Of a DNA stretch of 64,000 nt, positions 1 to 11,820 are shown one piece after another. This stretch comes from Chiloscyllium plagiosum (taxonomy: Eukaryota). Numbering within the stretch: position 1 is the stretch's first letter; every line of letters begins with the position of its first letter. Location: assembly GCF_004010195.1 (NCBI RefSeq), contig NC_057711.1, positions 71,931,142 to 71,995,141 on the forward strand, written 5' to 3'. Below the pieces are notes generated by a model. It ran no database searches and was not told where the DNA came from. It saw nothing but the letters and a program-made list of their open reading frames with translations. A program made the position numbers and the translations under genes.

Positions 1-152
1 TTGGATGGGTATATGAATAGGAAGGGTTTGGAGGGATATGGGCCGGGTGCTGGCAGGTGGGACTAGGTTGGGTTGGGACATCTGGTCGGCATGGACGGTT
101 GGACCGAAGTGTCTGTTTCCATGCTATACATCTCTATGACTCTATGACTCTA
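1..152 (+). mobile_element. HER1/CR1 LINE 3' end
   Basis: Shark CR1 3' UTR ending ...gtttccatgctatacatctctatgactctatgactctat; the same tail recurs at ~1530, ~20920 and ~44185. Confidence 0.85.
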
Positions 153-335
153 TCCTTGTAAATCTTTTCTGAACCCTTTCATATCTTTCCCCTCTCACTC
201 TAAACCTATGCCCCCTAGTTCTGGACTCCCCCACCCCAGGGAAAAGACTTTGTCTCTTTTTCCTATCCATGCCCTTCATGATTTTGTAAACGTCTAGAAG
301 GTCACCCCTCAGTCTCTGATTCTCCGGGGAGTCCA
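153..335 (-). mobile_element. HER1/CR1 ORF2 C-terminal fragment
   Basis: ORF 142..375 reads RLRGDLLDVYKIMKGMDR...LFPGVGESRTRGH, a typical CR1 ORF2 C-terminus. Confidence 0.85.
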
Positions 336-654
336 ACCAAGAACACACTGTTAACCTGTGTATGTCACACTTCAATTAGATACTTACTTCTCTCAAAATA
401 AGCTCAGAATAATTCTTAGCTCTACATCTGTTCTTTTCCTTTCTCAGCCTGGTAATGTCTAACCCTAGAACAGTCCTACATGATGGAACTGTTGCTAGAA
501 ATATCTTCTCTAGCACAAGCTCTGTAAATCCTCCACCTGAATTCATTCCTCATGAATTTGGTCTTTGTAATTCAACCACAAGCTTCCACCCACATTATGT
601 CACAATGAATCATAAAGTGTTTGAGGGAGACAATGGTACGATTTAATTGCCTTC

Positions 655-1532
655 ATAAGATGGGCCGATGGGCTGAGGAGTGGCAGATGGATTTAATTTA
701 GCTAAACGTGTGGTGCGTCAATTTGGAAGGTCAAATCAGAGCAGGACTTATATACTTTATGGTAAGGTCCTGGGGAGTATTGCTGACCAGTGAGACCTTA
801 GAGTGCAGGTTTATTGTTCCCTGACAGTGGAGTTGCATGTAGATAGGATAGTGAAGAAGGCGTATGGTATGTTTATTGATACCTTTATATACCTGTATAT
901 TGGTGCCTTTATTGGTCAGTGCTTGAGTACAGGAGTTGGGAGGTCATGTTGCAGCTGTACAGAACATTGATTAGGCCACTGTTGGAATATTGTCTGCAAT
1001 TTTCATCTCTCTCCTATAGGAAGGATGTTATAAAACTTGAAAGGGTTCAGAAAAGATTTACAAGGATATTGCCAGGGTTGGAGAATTTGAGCTATAGGGA
1101 GAGTTTGAACAGGCTGGGGCTGTTTTCCCTGCAGCATCGGATGCTGAGTGGTGACTTCATAGAGGTTTACAAAATCATGAGGGGCATGGATAGGATAAAT
1201 AGACAAGGTCTTTTCCCTGGGGTGGGGGAGTCCAGAACTAGAGGCATAGGTTTAAGGTCAGATGGGAAAAAGTTAAAAGGGACCTAAGGGGCAATGTTTA
1301 CACACAGAGGGTGGTGCGTGTATGGAATGAGCTGCCAGAGGAAGTCGTGGAGGCTGGTACAATTGCAACATTTAAGAGGCATTTGGATGGGTATATGAAT
1401 AAGAAGGGTTTGGAGGGATATGGGCCAGGTGCTGGCAAATGGGACTAGATTAGGTTAGGCTATCTGGTCAGCATGGATGAGTTAGCATGAGGGGTCTGTT
1501 TCTGTGCTGTACATCTCTATGATTCTATGACT
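655..1532 (+). mobile_element. 5'-truncated HER1/CR1 LINE
   Basis: ORF 919..1287 (LQLYRTLIRPLLEYCLQF...LERVQKRFTRILPGL) plus the CR1 3' UTR and tail. Confidence 0.92.
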
Positions 1533-1650
1533 TGTGGGACATGGATACCACTGGCTAAGCCAGCATTCATTGCCCATCCCCAGTTGCCCTTGAGGATGTA
1601 GTGCTGAGCTGGCTTCTTGAAACGCTGCAGTTCATGTGCTGTAGTGATGC
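1533..1650 (-). mobile_element. 3' end of a second LINE family (tail shared with the SINE at 2260-2690)
   Basis: Reverse complement of ...caagggcaactggggatgggcaatgaatgctggcttagccagt...; longer copies at ~4010-4240 and ~54465-54800. Confidence 0.6.
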
Positions 1651-2259
1651 TTTGGGAAAGCCTGCAAGTGAATATCAACTCAATATCCAACTGCTATCCT
1701 CTGTACCCTTCCAATTTTAAAGCCAATCTGCACGGCAATCTGAATCATGTAGGTCTGTATGCAGGTAACGATTCTGATTAGTTATCCTTCAGAGACAACT
1801 TTCTTTATTTTTGAAACTAAATAGGTAGTTTAAAGCACTATGTTTACAACCTCACATTCTTAATATTATTTGGAACTTTGGATGCTCACAGTCTATCAAC
1901 TGTTGGCATGTAAGCCTCTAATGACACCAAAGGTTATTGTCATGGGAAAGTACAAAGTCCTAAAAAAACACTGTTATTGCAGAATTGACAGAAAATGATC
2001 AAAATCGGAAAATGTTTGTTGAATCAATCAGCCAATTTGTCATAAGGTGGATTATATTGCTGTGAAATAGTTACATTTTCAGAATCATTGCTATTCAATA
2101 TTATTGAACAGTACAATGTGTAGAGAATGCTGCAGATCCCCCTGCCTGTAAATATTCAGGCCCCTCAATACATTTGTTTACTAGCTATTGACCAACAAAC
2201 TAAGGACTGGAAGAAATGGTTTCTACATGTATCTATTCTTAAACCATTTAGAAACTGCT

Positions 2260-2690
2260 GTGGAATGTGGAATTAATAGTCGAATGATAACCATGAATGC
2301 ATTGTCAATCGTTGGAAAAACCCATCTGGTTCACTAATGTCCATTAGGGAAGGAAATTGCCATCCTTACCTGCTCTGGCCAACATGTGACTCCAGACCCA
2401 CAGCAATGTGGTTGGCACTTAACCGCCCTCTGTGCAATTAGAGATGGGCCATAAATGTTGCCGAGAGATGGAAATATGTTGCTGGAAAAGCGCAGCAGGT
2501 CAGGCACTTCTTCAGGAAGAAGGGCTAATGCCCGAAACGTCGATTCTCCTGTTCCCTAGATGCTGCCTGACCTGCTGCGCTTTTCCAGCAACACATTTCC
2601 ATCTCTGATCTCCAGCATCTGCAGACCTCACTTTCTCCATAAATGTTGCCTAGCCAGCGACACCCCCATCCCGTGAATAAATAAAAACAA
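2260..2690 (+). mobile_element. tRNA-type SINE body/tail, interrupted by a PLE-HHR insertion
   Basis: aaaacccatctggttcactaatgtcc...gactccagacccacagcaatgtgg...ataaatgttgcctagccagcgac...aataaataaaa; related copies at ~4490-4680 (-) and ~46520-46735 (+, with tRNA-like head). Confidence 0.7.
2463..2638 (+). mobile_element. Non-autonomous PLE-derived HHR element (family 1), fold-back form
   Basis: Inverted arms; gggctaatgcccgaaacgtc HHR 3' half; TSD ataaatgttgcc at 2451-2462 and 2639-2650. Confidence 0.85.
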
Positions 2691-2869
2691 AAACAAATTG
2701 GCCGCCATCTACAAAAAAAGCAGAAAGGCTGGATTTTCAGGTTCTCAAATTCGAAGGATAGTTGTGGCAACAAAAAAAACCCACCAAAATCATATGAAAA
2801 AATGACATTTTTCTATATAATACTCCAAATAAAACAGTACTAAAATAGTGCAGTGAATCAGTAAAGTGT

Positions 2870-3197
2870 GAGGTGGAACGGTGGCTCAGTGGTTAGCACT
2901 GCTGCCTCACAGTGTCAGGAACCCAGGTTTGATTCCAGCCTCAGGCAACTGTCTGTATGGAGTTTGCACATTCTCCCCGTGTCTGCGTGGGTCTCCTCCG
3001 GGTGCTCCAGTTTTCTCCCACAGTCCAAAGATGTGCAGGTTAGGTGAATTGGTCATGCTAAATTGTCCATTGTGATAGGTACATTAGGCAGGGGTAAGTG
3101 TAGGGGAATGAGTCTGGGTGGGTTACTGTTCGGAGGGTCGGTATGGACTTGTTGGGCCACAGAGCCTGTTTCCATACTGTAGGGAATCTAATCTAAT
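2870..3197 (+). mobile_element. HE1 SINE (V-SINE), full length
   Basis: A box tggctcagtgg, B box ggtttgattcc, V domain (ggagtttgcacattctccccgtgtctgcgtggg...cacagtccaaagatgtgcagg), HER1-like tail. Confidence 0.92.
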
Positions 3198-4009
3198 TTC
3201 ATATGACAGATAAGAGCTATAATTGGAGGAAAGGGCCTCTGGCTGCAGCAATACTAGGCCAAGCCGGACACAGCTCCACCCAAGCCCGGAGTCTTGCGAG
3301 GAGCAGGTTCAGGGGCTGACTCATCTGGTTCAGACTCTCAGGCTAAGCTGAGGCTCCAGGCCCATGTTTAGGCCCAGGAACTCAAAGAGCTGGTAGTGTC
3401 AGCATAAGGAACAGTGGAGGACCCTGATTGGCAGCACGCTTTGGAGACATGGAATCCGTGCAATCCCAATCCCTATGGCTCCTGCTCGGGCATGTTCCTT
3501 GTGATTGTGGCAGCAGCGGCATCCCGTAGCCAAGACTCCACAGCCTGCTGCAGAGCCTCTGGCTGACATCAAGCAGCGACATCAAGGACATCAAGGAGGA
3601 GAAACAAGAAGAGAGAAACAATTTGCTTATAACATGCGAAAAACACTTTCAACTTTAGTTTTTATATTCATGTGCCAAAATGTACACAACTCCAATCTAC
3701 CTTTCTGTTAATTCTGTATTCTTGTACGGAGCTGTGTCTCAGTTTATTGATTGAGAGGCTTTACTGTCTGTGGCAGGACTGGTGGCGGTGGTCTGGTGGG
3801 TTGAAGAGAATGAGCGATGTCTGCTCTTGTGTGCTTAAACATATGCCTGAAGGAAGACTTCTTGCATAGCCACATGTATTTATTTCATGTTTTCAAGCAG
3901 CTTTTGAGTAGACAACTTTTTTCCTTGTGTTGTGGCTACCTTCCTGAAGAACCCCAGTAGTGATATCCTAGGGATGTGATGATGATCTTCCTCAGCATCA
4001 GATTTTTCT

Positions 4010-4240
4010 TCAGGGGGCTGGTCATTGCCTGGGTTGGCATTTATTGCCTGTCTCTCACCCAAGAAGATAAACTCCCTTCATGAACCATTGCAATCCATGT
4101 ACTGTAGATAGACTCAGAATGCCATTAAGGAGGGAATTCCAGGATTTGACCCAGCAACAGTGAAAGAACCATGATATGTTTCCAAGTCAGGATGGTGAGT
4201 GACTTAGAAAGAAAGTTGCAGGTGGTGGTATTCCCAAAGA
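4010..4240 (-). mobile_element. LINE 3' fragment (same family as 54465-54800)
   Basis: gagggaattccaggatttgacccagcaacagtgaa...tttccaagtcaggatggtgagt matches 54598-54670. Confidence 0.7.
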
Positions 4241-4284
4241 TATTAAATAGTTTTCAATTTGGCCTATATTGACTGCAGTCTTTC

Positions 4285-4485
4285 AATAACAACAACTTAT
4301 GGAGCACTTTTAATGCCCCAAAGCACTTCATAGGTGCAACATCAAACATGTATAACACAAACCACATAAGGAGATATTATAGGTCAGATTACCAAAAGCT
4401 TAGTCAAAGAGAGAAAGTGAAGTCGAGTGGTGGAAATTTGTGAGGATGGCTTTTCAGATCTTACAGCTTAAGAAACTGAAGTTGC
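4285..4485 (-). mobile_element. Old L2-type LINE 3' end
   Basis: Degenerate tail (aacaacaactt...ccaaagcacttcatagg...ccacataaggagatatta...ccaaaagcttagtcaaagag) resembling shark L2 3' ends from recall. Confidence 0.5.
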
Positions 4486-4489
4486 ATTT

Positions 4490-4680
4490 TTAAAAGCGTT
4501 TATTCTTTCATAATCTGTGGACACCATTAGCACGGCCAGTTTCTGATATTCTTCTCTGATTGTACTTGAACTGAATGGCTAGTTAGGCCATTTCAATGAG
4601 CAATGGAGAGATAACCACATTACTCTGGGTCTGGAGTCAAATGTAGACCCCCACCAGGTAAGGACTACAGATTTACAAGG
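4490..4680 (-). mobile_element. SINE fragment (family of 2260-2690)
   Basis: accacattactctgggtctggagtca is the reverse complement of the core at 2385-2415. Confidence 0.6.
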
Positions 4681-5132
4681 TGCGCATGCGTGTGTGTGTG
4701 TGTCCAGACTGTGTAGTGTGTGTGTCCAGACTGTGATTTCTGTGTGTATTGTATGTGTGTGTGTGTCCTGTGAGTGTGATTTATATGTGTCTGTGTGTAT
4801 ATGTATCCTGACTGTGCATCCTGTGAGTGTGTGTCTGCCTTTGTGTCCTGACTGTGCACTCTGTCTGTGTGCATGTGCGTCCTGACTATGCAGTCTGTGT
4901 ATAATGTGTGCACATGTGTGTGTGTACTGAATGTGCAGTCTGTGTGTGTGTGTGTGTGTATGTAGCGTGTGTGGCCTGACTATGCTGTGTGTGTATGTGT
5001 GTGTGCGTGTCCTGAATGAATGTGCAGTCTGTGTGTGTCCTGACTGTGTGTAGGGGTGTGTGTGTGTGTGTGTAGTGTGTGGTGAGTGTGTGTGTGTGAG
5101 CTGCCTGCTCCCAGTGCTGCCCCCTCCCTGTG

Positions 5133-5597
5133 NNNNNNNNNNNNNNNNNNNNNNNNNNNNNNNNNNNNNNNNNNNNNNNNNNNNNNNNNNNNNNNNNNNN
5201 NNNNNNNNNNNNNNNNNNNNNNNNNNNNNNNNNNNNNNNNNNNNNNNNNNNNNNNNNNNNNNNNNNNNNNNNNNNNNNNNNNNNNNNNNNNNNNNNNNNN
5301 NNNNNNNNNNNNNNNNNNNNNNNNNNNNNNNNNNNNNNNNNNNNNNNNNNNNNNNNNNNNNNNNNNNNNNNNNNNNNNNNNNNNNNNNNNNNNNNNNNNN
5401 NNNNNNNNNNNNNNNNNNNNNNNNNNNNNNNNNNNNNNNNNNNNNNNNNNNNNNNNNNNNNNNNNNNNNNNNNNNNNNNNNNNNNNNNNNNNNNNNNNNN
5501 NNNNNNNNNNNNNNNNNNNNNNNNNNNNNNNNNNNNNNNNNNNNNNNNNNNNNNNNNNNNNNNNNNNNNNNNNNNNNNNNNNNNNNNNNNNNNNNNN
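5133..5597. other. Assembly gap (465 N)
   Basis: Run of N. Confidence 1.
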
Positions 5598-5650
5598 CTG
5601 TGTTTGTGTGTATGTGTGTGTGTGTGTGTACATGTCCTGACTGTGCAGTC

Positions 5651-5682
<32 letters not shown>

Positions 5683-5871
5683 GTGTTGAGGGTGTGGTGC
5701 TGGAAAAGCACAGTCAGTCCAGCAGCATCTTAGGAGCAGGGGAATCGAAGTTTCAGGGCTTTTGTCCAAAACGTTGATTCTCCTGGTCTTTGGATGTTGC
5801 CTGACCTGCTGTGCGTTTCCAGCACCACACTCTCGACTCCAATTTCCAACATCTGCAGTCCTCACTTTCTC
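5683..5871. mobile_element. PLE-HHR family 1 fold-back copy inside the satellite (degenerate)
   Basis: Inverted arms centred on gggcttttgtcc; paralog at 7015-7204. Confidence 0.8.
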
Positions 5872-6633
5872 CTGTGTGTGCAGTGTGTGTGGCCTGACTG
5901 TGCTATGTGTGTGTGTAATGTGTGTAGTGTGTGTTGCATGACTGTGCTATGTGTGTGTGTATGTGTGTCCTGACTGTGCAGTCGGTGTTTGCGTGTATGT
6001 GTGTGTGTGTGTAGTGTGTGTGGCCTGACTGTGCAATCTGTGTTTGTGTGTGTGTGGTAATTGTGGCCTGACTGTGCAGTGTGTGTAGTGTGTATATCCT
6101 GACTATGCACTCTGTGTGTAGTGTGTGTTTGTGTCCTGACCATGCAGTCTGTGTATTGTGTGTGTCCTGACTGTATGATTTGTATGTGTGTGTGTGTCCT
6201 GACAGTGCAGTCTGTGTCTGTGTGTGTGTGTCCTGACTATGCAGTCTGTGTCTGTGTGCATGTGTGTGTCCGTCCTGACAATGGAGTTTGTGTCTGTGTG
6301 TGTGTGTCCTGACTAGGCAGTCTGTGTGCGTGTGTACGTGTGTGTGTCCTGACTGTCAGTCTGTGTGTAGTATGTATATCTCCTGACTATGCACCTTGTG
6401 TATAGTGTGTGTGCATGTCCTGAATGAATGCGCAGTCTGTGTGTAGTGTGTGTACATGAGTGTGTGTCCTGACTGTGTCCGTGTGTACGTGTGTGTGTGT
6501 GTATATGTTTGTATCCTGACTGTGCAGTCTGTGAGAGAGTGTGTGTGTGTATGTCCTGACTGTGCAGTCTGTGTGTGTGTGTGTGCGTGTGTGTGTGCGT
6601 ATGTGTGGTGTCGAGAATGTGGTGCTGGAAAAG

Positions 6634-6667
6634 GGCTGAAGAAGGGCTTATGCCCGAAACGTCGATT
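6634..6667 (+). ncRNA. Minimal type-I hammerhead ribozyme motif, intact core
   Basis: CTGAAGA-A-GGGC-TTAT-GCCC-GAAAC-GTC; palindromic ACGT stem III; GUC triplet. Confidence 0.75.
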
Positions 6668-6759
6668 CCTCTGTTCCCTGGATGCTGCCTGACCTGCTGC
6701 GCTTTTCCAGCAACACATTTCCAGCTCTGATCTCCAGCATCTGCAGACCTCACTTTCTC
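6634..6759 (+). mobile_element. Young PLE-HHR family 1 insertion nested in an older copy
   Basis: TSD ctggaaaag at 6625-6633 and 6760-6768; empty paralogous site at 9070-9078. Confidence 0.88.
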
Positions 6760-7014
6760 CTGGAAAAGCACAGCCAGTCAGGCTTTATCTGACGTTTCAG
6801 GGCATTGCGATATATCAGGAAGGTTTCCTGATGAATGGCTTATGTCCGAAACATTGATTCTCCTGCTCTTCGTATGCTGCCTGACCAGCTGTGCTTTTCC
6901 AGCACCACACTCTCGATTCCAATCTCTAGCATCTGCAGTCCTCACTTTCTCCTGTGTGTAGTGTGTGTGTATGTATATAATGTGTGTCGCCTGACTGCGC
7001 TGTGTGTGTGTATA

Positions 7015-7204
7015 GTGTCGAGGGTGTGGTGCTGGAAAAGCACAGTCAGTCCGGCAGCATCTGAGGAGCGGGGGAATCGAAATTTCAGAGCTTTTGTCCA
7101 AAACGTTGATTCTCCTGCTCCTCGGATGTTGCCTGACCTGCTGTGCATTTCCAGCACCACATTCTCGACTCCGATCTCCAGCATCTGCAATCCTCACTTT
7201 CTCC
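7015..7204. mobile_element. PLE-HHR family 1 fold-back copy inside the satellite
   Basis: Paralog of 5683-5871. Confidence 0.8.
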
Positions 7205-7377
7205 TGTGTGTGTAGTGTGTGTGGCCTAACTGTGCTTATGTGTGTGTGGCCTGACTGTGCTATGTCTTTGTGTGTATGTGTGTCCTGAATGAATGTGCAG
7301 TCTTTGTGTGTGTGTGTGTGCGCCCTGACTGTGCAGTCTGTGTTTGTGTGTGTGTGTAATGTGTGTGCGGGGGGTTA

Positions 7378-7637
7378 NNNNNNNNNNNNNNNNNNNNNNN
7401 NNNNNNNNNNNNNNNNNNNNNNNNNNNNNNNNNNNNNNNNNNNNNNNNNNNNNNNNNNNNNNNNNNNNNNNNNNNNNNNNNNNNNNNNNNNNNNNNNNNN
7501 NNNNNNNNNNNNNNNNNNNNNNNNNNNNNNNNNNNNNNNNNNNNNNNNNNNNNNNNNNNNNNNNNNNNNNNNNNNNNNNNNNNNNNNNNNNNNNNNNNNN
7601 NNNNNNNNNNNNNNNNNNNNNNNNNNNNNNNNNNNNN
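7378..7637. other. Assembly gap (260 N)
   Basis: Run of N. Confidence 1.
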
Positions 7638-9049
7638 CACTGTCTCTATCACTGTGTGTGTGTGTGTGTGTATAGTGTGTGTCGCCTGACTGCGCTATGT
7701 GTGTGTCCGTCCTGAATGAATGTGCACTCTGTGTGTGTGTGTGTATCTGTGTGTGTGTGTAAGTATGGGTGTGTCTTGACTGTGCAATCTAAGAGTGTGC
7801 ATGTGTGCTGACTGTGCAGTCTGTGAATGTGTGCCCTGACTATGCAGTCTGTATGTGTATATGTGTTGCCTGGCTGTGCAGAGTGTGTGTGTATGTATGT
7901 ACATTTCCTGACATGCATTCTGTGTGTAGTGTGTGCGTGTGTCCTGACTATGCAATCTGTGTGTTGTGTGTATGTGTTTGTGTCCTGACTGTGCAATCCA
8001 TTGAGCATGTGCGTGTCCTGACTCTGTGAGTTTGTGTGTGTGGTGTGTGCGTGTGGTGTGTGGTGTGTGTGTGTTTATGTGTGTGTGGTGTGTGTGGCCT
8101 GATTGTGTATCTCCTGACTCTGCACTCTGTGTGCAGTGTGTGTGTGTATCCTGACTATGCACTCTGTTTGTACTGTATGTGCTTTTTGTCCTGACTGTGC
8201 AATCTGTGAGTGTGTGCGTGTGCATGTGTGAATGCATGTGTGTGTGAGCACACGCATGCACACACGTGCATTTGTGTGTCCTGAATGTGCAATCTGTGAA
8301 TGCGTGTGTGCCCTGACTGTGTGATTTGTGTGTTTGTTGTCTTGACTGTACAGTCTGTGAGTGTGTGTGTGTCCTGACTGAGAAGTCTGTGAGTTTGAGT
8401 GTATGTGTGCATGTATGTGTGTACTGACTGTGCAGTCTGTGTGTACTGTGTGTGTGTGTCCGTCCTGACAGTGTGATTTGTGTGTGCATGTATGTGTTTT
8501 GTATCCTACTGTGCAGTCTGTGTGTACTGTGTGTATGTTTGTGTGTACTGACAGTGTGATTTGTGTGTGTATGTATGTGTTTGTATCCTGACTGTGCAGT
8601 CTGTGTGTACTGTGTGTATGTTTGTGTGTACTGACAGTGTGATTTGTGTGTGTATGTATGTGTTTGTATGCTGACTGTGCAGTCTGTGAGTGTGTGTCCT
8701 GAATGTGCCGTCTGTCTGTGTTTGTGTGTATGTGTCCTGGCTGTGCAGTCAATATGTGATTATGTGTTTGTGCGTGCGCATGTGTACGCGCGTCTGTGTG
8801 TATGTGTCCTGACTGTGCAGTCGGTGTGTAGTGTGTATATCTCCTGACTATGCACTCTGTGTATAGTGTGTGTGTGTATGTCCTGAATGAATGTGCAGTC
8901 TGTGTGTAGTGTGTGTACATGTGTGTGTGCCCTGACTGTGTAATTGTGTGCGTATATATGTTTGTATGTTGACTGTGCAGTCTGTGAGAGGGTGTATGTG
9001 TGTATGTCATGACTGTGCATTCTGTGTGTGTGTGTGTTTATGTGTGTGT

Positions 9050-9263
9050 GTGGTGTTGAGAATGTGGTGCTGGAAAAGCACAGCCAGTCAGGCAGCATCT
9101 GACATTTCTGGGCATAAACAATATATCAGGAAGGTTTCCTGATGAATGGCTTATGTCCGAAACGTTGATTCTCCTGCTCTTCGGATGCTGCCTGACCAGC
9201 TGTGCTTTTCCAGCACCACACTCTTGACTCCGATCTCTAGCATCTGCAGTCCTCACTTTCTCC
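9050..9263. mobile_element. PLE-HHR family 1 fold-back copy inside the satellite
   Basis: CTGATGA 9139-9145, GAAAC 9159-9163; ends ctcactttctcc. Confidence 0.8.
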
Positions 9264-10894
9264 AGTGTGGAGTGTGTGTGTGTGTGACCTGACTGCGCTG
9301 TGTGTGTGTCTGTGTGTGTCACCTGACTGTGCTATGTTTGTGTGTGTGTGTGTGTGTATAGTGTGTGTCGCCTGACTGCGCTATGTGTGTGTCCGTCCTG
9401 AATGAATGTGCACTCTGTGTGTGTGCGTGTGTGTGTGCTGACTGTGCAGTCTGTGAATGTGTGTCCTGACTATGCAGTCTGTATGTGTGGCCTGGCTGTT
9501 CAGAGTGTGTGTGTGTGTATGTACATCTCCTGACATGCACTCTGTGTGTAGTGTGTGTGTGTGTCCTGACTATGCAATCTGTGTGTTGTGTGTATGCGTT
9601 TGTGTCCTGACTGTGCAATCCATTGAGCATATGTGTGTGATGACTCTGTGAGTTTGTGTGTGTGTGTGTGTCCTGACTGTGCAGGCTGTGTGTGTGAGTG
9701 TATGTGTGCATGTATGTGTGTACTGAGTGAGTGCGTGCGTCCTGACTGTGTAGTCTGTGTGTACTGTATGTGTGTGTATCCTGACAGTGTGATTTGTGTG
9801 TGTATGTATGTGTTTGTATCCTGACTGTGCAGTCTGTGTGTCCTGAATGTGCCGTCTGTGTTTGTGTGTATGTGTCCTGACTGTGCAGTCAATGTGTGAT
9901 TATGTGTGTGTGTGCGTGCGCACATGTATGCGCGTGTGTGTATGTGTCCTGACTGTGCAGTCGGTGTGTGTGTACCCTGACTATGCACTCTGTGTGCAGT
10001 GTGTGTGTGTGTGTCCTGACTATGCACTCTGTGTGTACTGTATGTGATTTTTGTCCTGACTGTGCAATGTGTGAGCACGTGTGTGTGTGTGTGTGTCGCG
10101 TGTGTCCGTGTGTGTGTGTGTGTGTGTGTGTGTCTGTCTGTGTGTGTGTGTCTGTGGGCAGTTCACGTGTCACCTCCTGAATCGCACTTGGAAGTTGCTG
10201 CCTCTCACTGCCCACGTTTTGGCTGTAATGTGGGTCCCACCCACAGACTGGAAAATTCCAGTCAGTGTACGATGCCCCTTAATTGCCTCAAATGGCTGCC
10301 CACTACTTGCTGGCAGTTGGCATTTGGCTCTGAACTAGGCTTTTCGAAAATGGGACAGGGTTGGCAGCCTCCCAGTAACTTGGAGATCTGTGCACCTCTA
10401 CTCCTACACTCATCTGCCTTCACAGGTCCAAGTCCAAAATGTTGCCCTCAGAAGCACATTCCAGCAAAGAATCGGTACCATCTGGAAAGCTGCAGGAGAG
10501 AGTGAAATGGTAATGAATGAAGAAAATGAGACATGGTCTATAACTGAAGCTAATTACAGATTATACCAACAGGAAACACAGCTCCAGTAACAGTTACTGA
10601 CCAAGTCTGATGGACAGGATACAAGACACACAAAACACAATTCTCGCTGCCACATGTATGTTTATATCAGAGCTTAAGTTTTGCATTGATTTGCTTATTT
10701 CCTTTTACATTCCTGCATAGTGATTCCTTTAACATGTTTATTATTGTAGCGTATATGGCCTAAGTCCCTTCTGCTACAATTTAAATTAATTGAGTACTGT
10801 TGTATAAATAGCTGAGGAAATATCTAACTAATTTATTTTTACTGCAGTTTACCATGGAATATTCTTCATCCTTACTGCCCTAAAGTAGTCGATT

Positions 10895-11080
10895 AGACCG
10901 TAGGATGTAGAATAAGCCATTAGGACCATCGATTCTGCTCTGCCATTAGGTCATGGCTAATACATTTCTCAATCCCATTCTCCTGCCTTCTCCCCATAAC
11001 CATTGATCTCCTTACCAACCACGGACCTATGTATCCCTGTCTTAAATATACACAATGACTTGGCCTCCACAGCATTCTGT
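10895..11080 (-). mobile_element. CR1 3' end (older family)
   Basis: Similar to 49790-50000 (ctgccatt...catggct...cccattctcctgccttctcccc). Confidence 0.7.
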
Positions 11081-11559
11081 TGGTCTTATTTTCATTTAAA
11101 GCCTACATTAAGAAATTACACTGTCTATACATACATATCATTTTCTAATGGCGATCTTTCTGTGTGATTGCATGTTGAGTTTCATTTCTGATGTATACAC
11201 AGATCCTTTGTGACGAAGTGTCACAGTAGCTTGCCAAAAGTTTGTTCATTGACAACGGGACATCCATGCAGGATGTCGGAAGCTGTGTCTGGTAGTCAGC
11301 CTGATGATCTGATCAGAATAGAGGTGGGACAGAGTATTCTTAATTTGCATTATGTCCCATCAAGGCTATAAACATCTCAATGTGATTATTAGAAAAGGAT
11401 TCGGTTTAACATTAGAGTTAACCTGGAACAATGGAGTTTCCTTCCAGACAGTCAGTCATCACATTATCTTTCTGGTCAAATACTGCCCCTCTATGTTGAC
11501 AGACAGAAGTCATTGGGTTAAACTGATTAGGTTAAGCTGATGACCAACCTCATTTTAAT

Positions 11560-11820
11560 GCTTCATAACACCAGACACCTGGGTTTGATTCAGCCTTGGG
11601 TGACTGTCTGTGTGGAGTTTGCACATTCTTACTGTGTCTGCATAGGTTTCCTCCAGGAGCTTGGGTTTCATCCCAAAGTTCCAGAGATGTGCAGTTTAGG
11701 TGGATTGGCCATACTAATTGTGGGGCTACAGGGATAGGGTGGGGGGTAGCATGCTCTTTGGAGGGTCAGTGCAGACTTGATGGTCCAAATGGTCTCTTTC
11801 CATATTGTAGAGATTCTATA
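11560..11820 (+). mobile_element. HE1 SINE, diverged
   Basis: B box gggtttgattc, V domain tgtctgtgtggagtttgcacattct, HER1-like tail. Confidence 0.8.

Larger units (their letters stand above)
6608..6951. mobile_element. Older PLE-HHR fold-back copy (host of the 6634-6759 insertion)
   Basis: Centre atcaggaa-ggt-ttcctgat; CTGATGA at 6828-6834; paralog at 9050-9263. Confidence 0.8.
4681..10155. repeat. Complex satellite: (TG)n spacers plus CCTGACT(G/A)TGCAGTC core, with kb-scale block duplications and embedded PLE-HHR units
   Basis: Core motif recurs every ~25-45 bp; blocks 6350-6960 ~ 8810-9270 and 7650-8040 ~ 9340-9660. Confidence 0.95.

Noticed and set aside
2870..2945. tRNA gene-like A/B boxes (also 30500, 42400, 46400, 50700)
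   Set aside because: These are SINE heads continuing into SINE bodies; no complete cloverleaf.
5095..5132. GC-rich non-satellite stub at the gap edge
   Set aside because: Contig-end sequence next to Ns, likely misjoined via TG repeats.
4681..10155. CRISPR-like repeat-spacer appearance (constant palindromic core, variable spacers)
   Set aside because: Spacers are TG microsatellite, the context is vertebrate, and there are no cas genes.
4579..10338. Many long His/Thr-rich and Cys/Val-rich ORFs
   Set aside because: Translations of the (TG)n/(CA)n satellite and N-gaps, not genes.
10426..10509. Candidate plus-strand exon after cttcacag
   Set aside because: Lies at the edge of what looks like a decayed repeat; no recognisable peptide.
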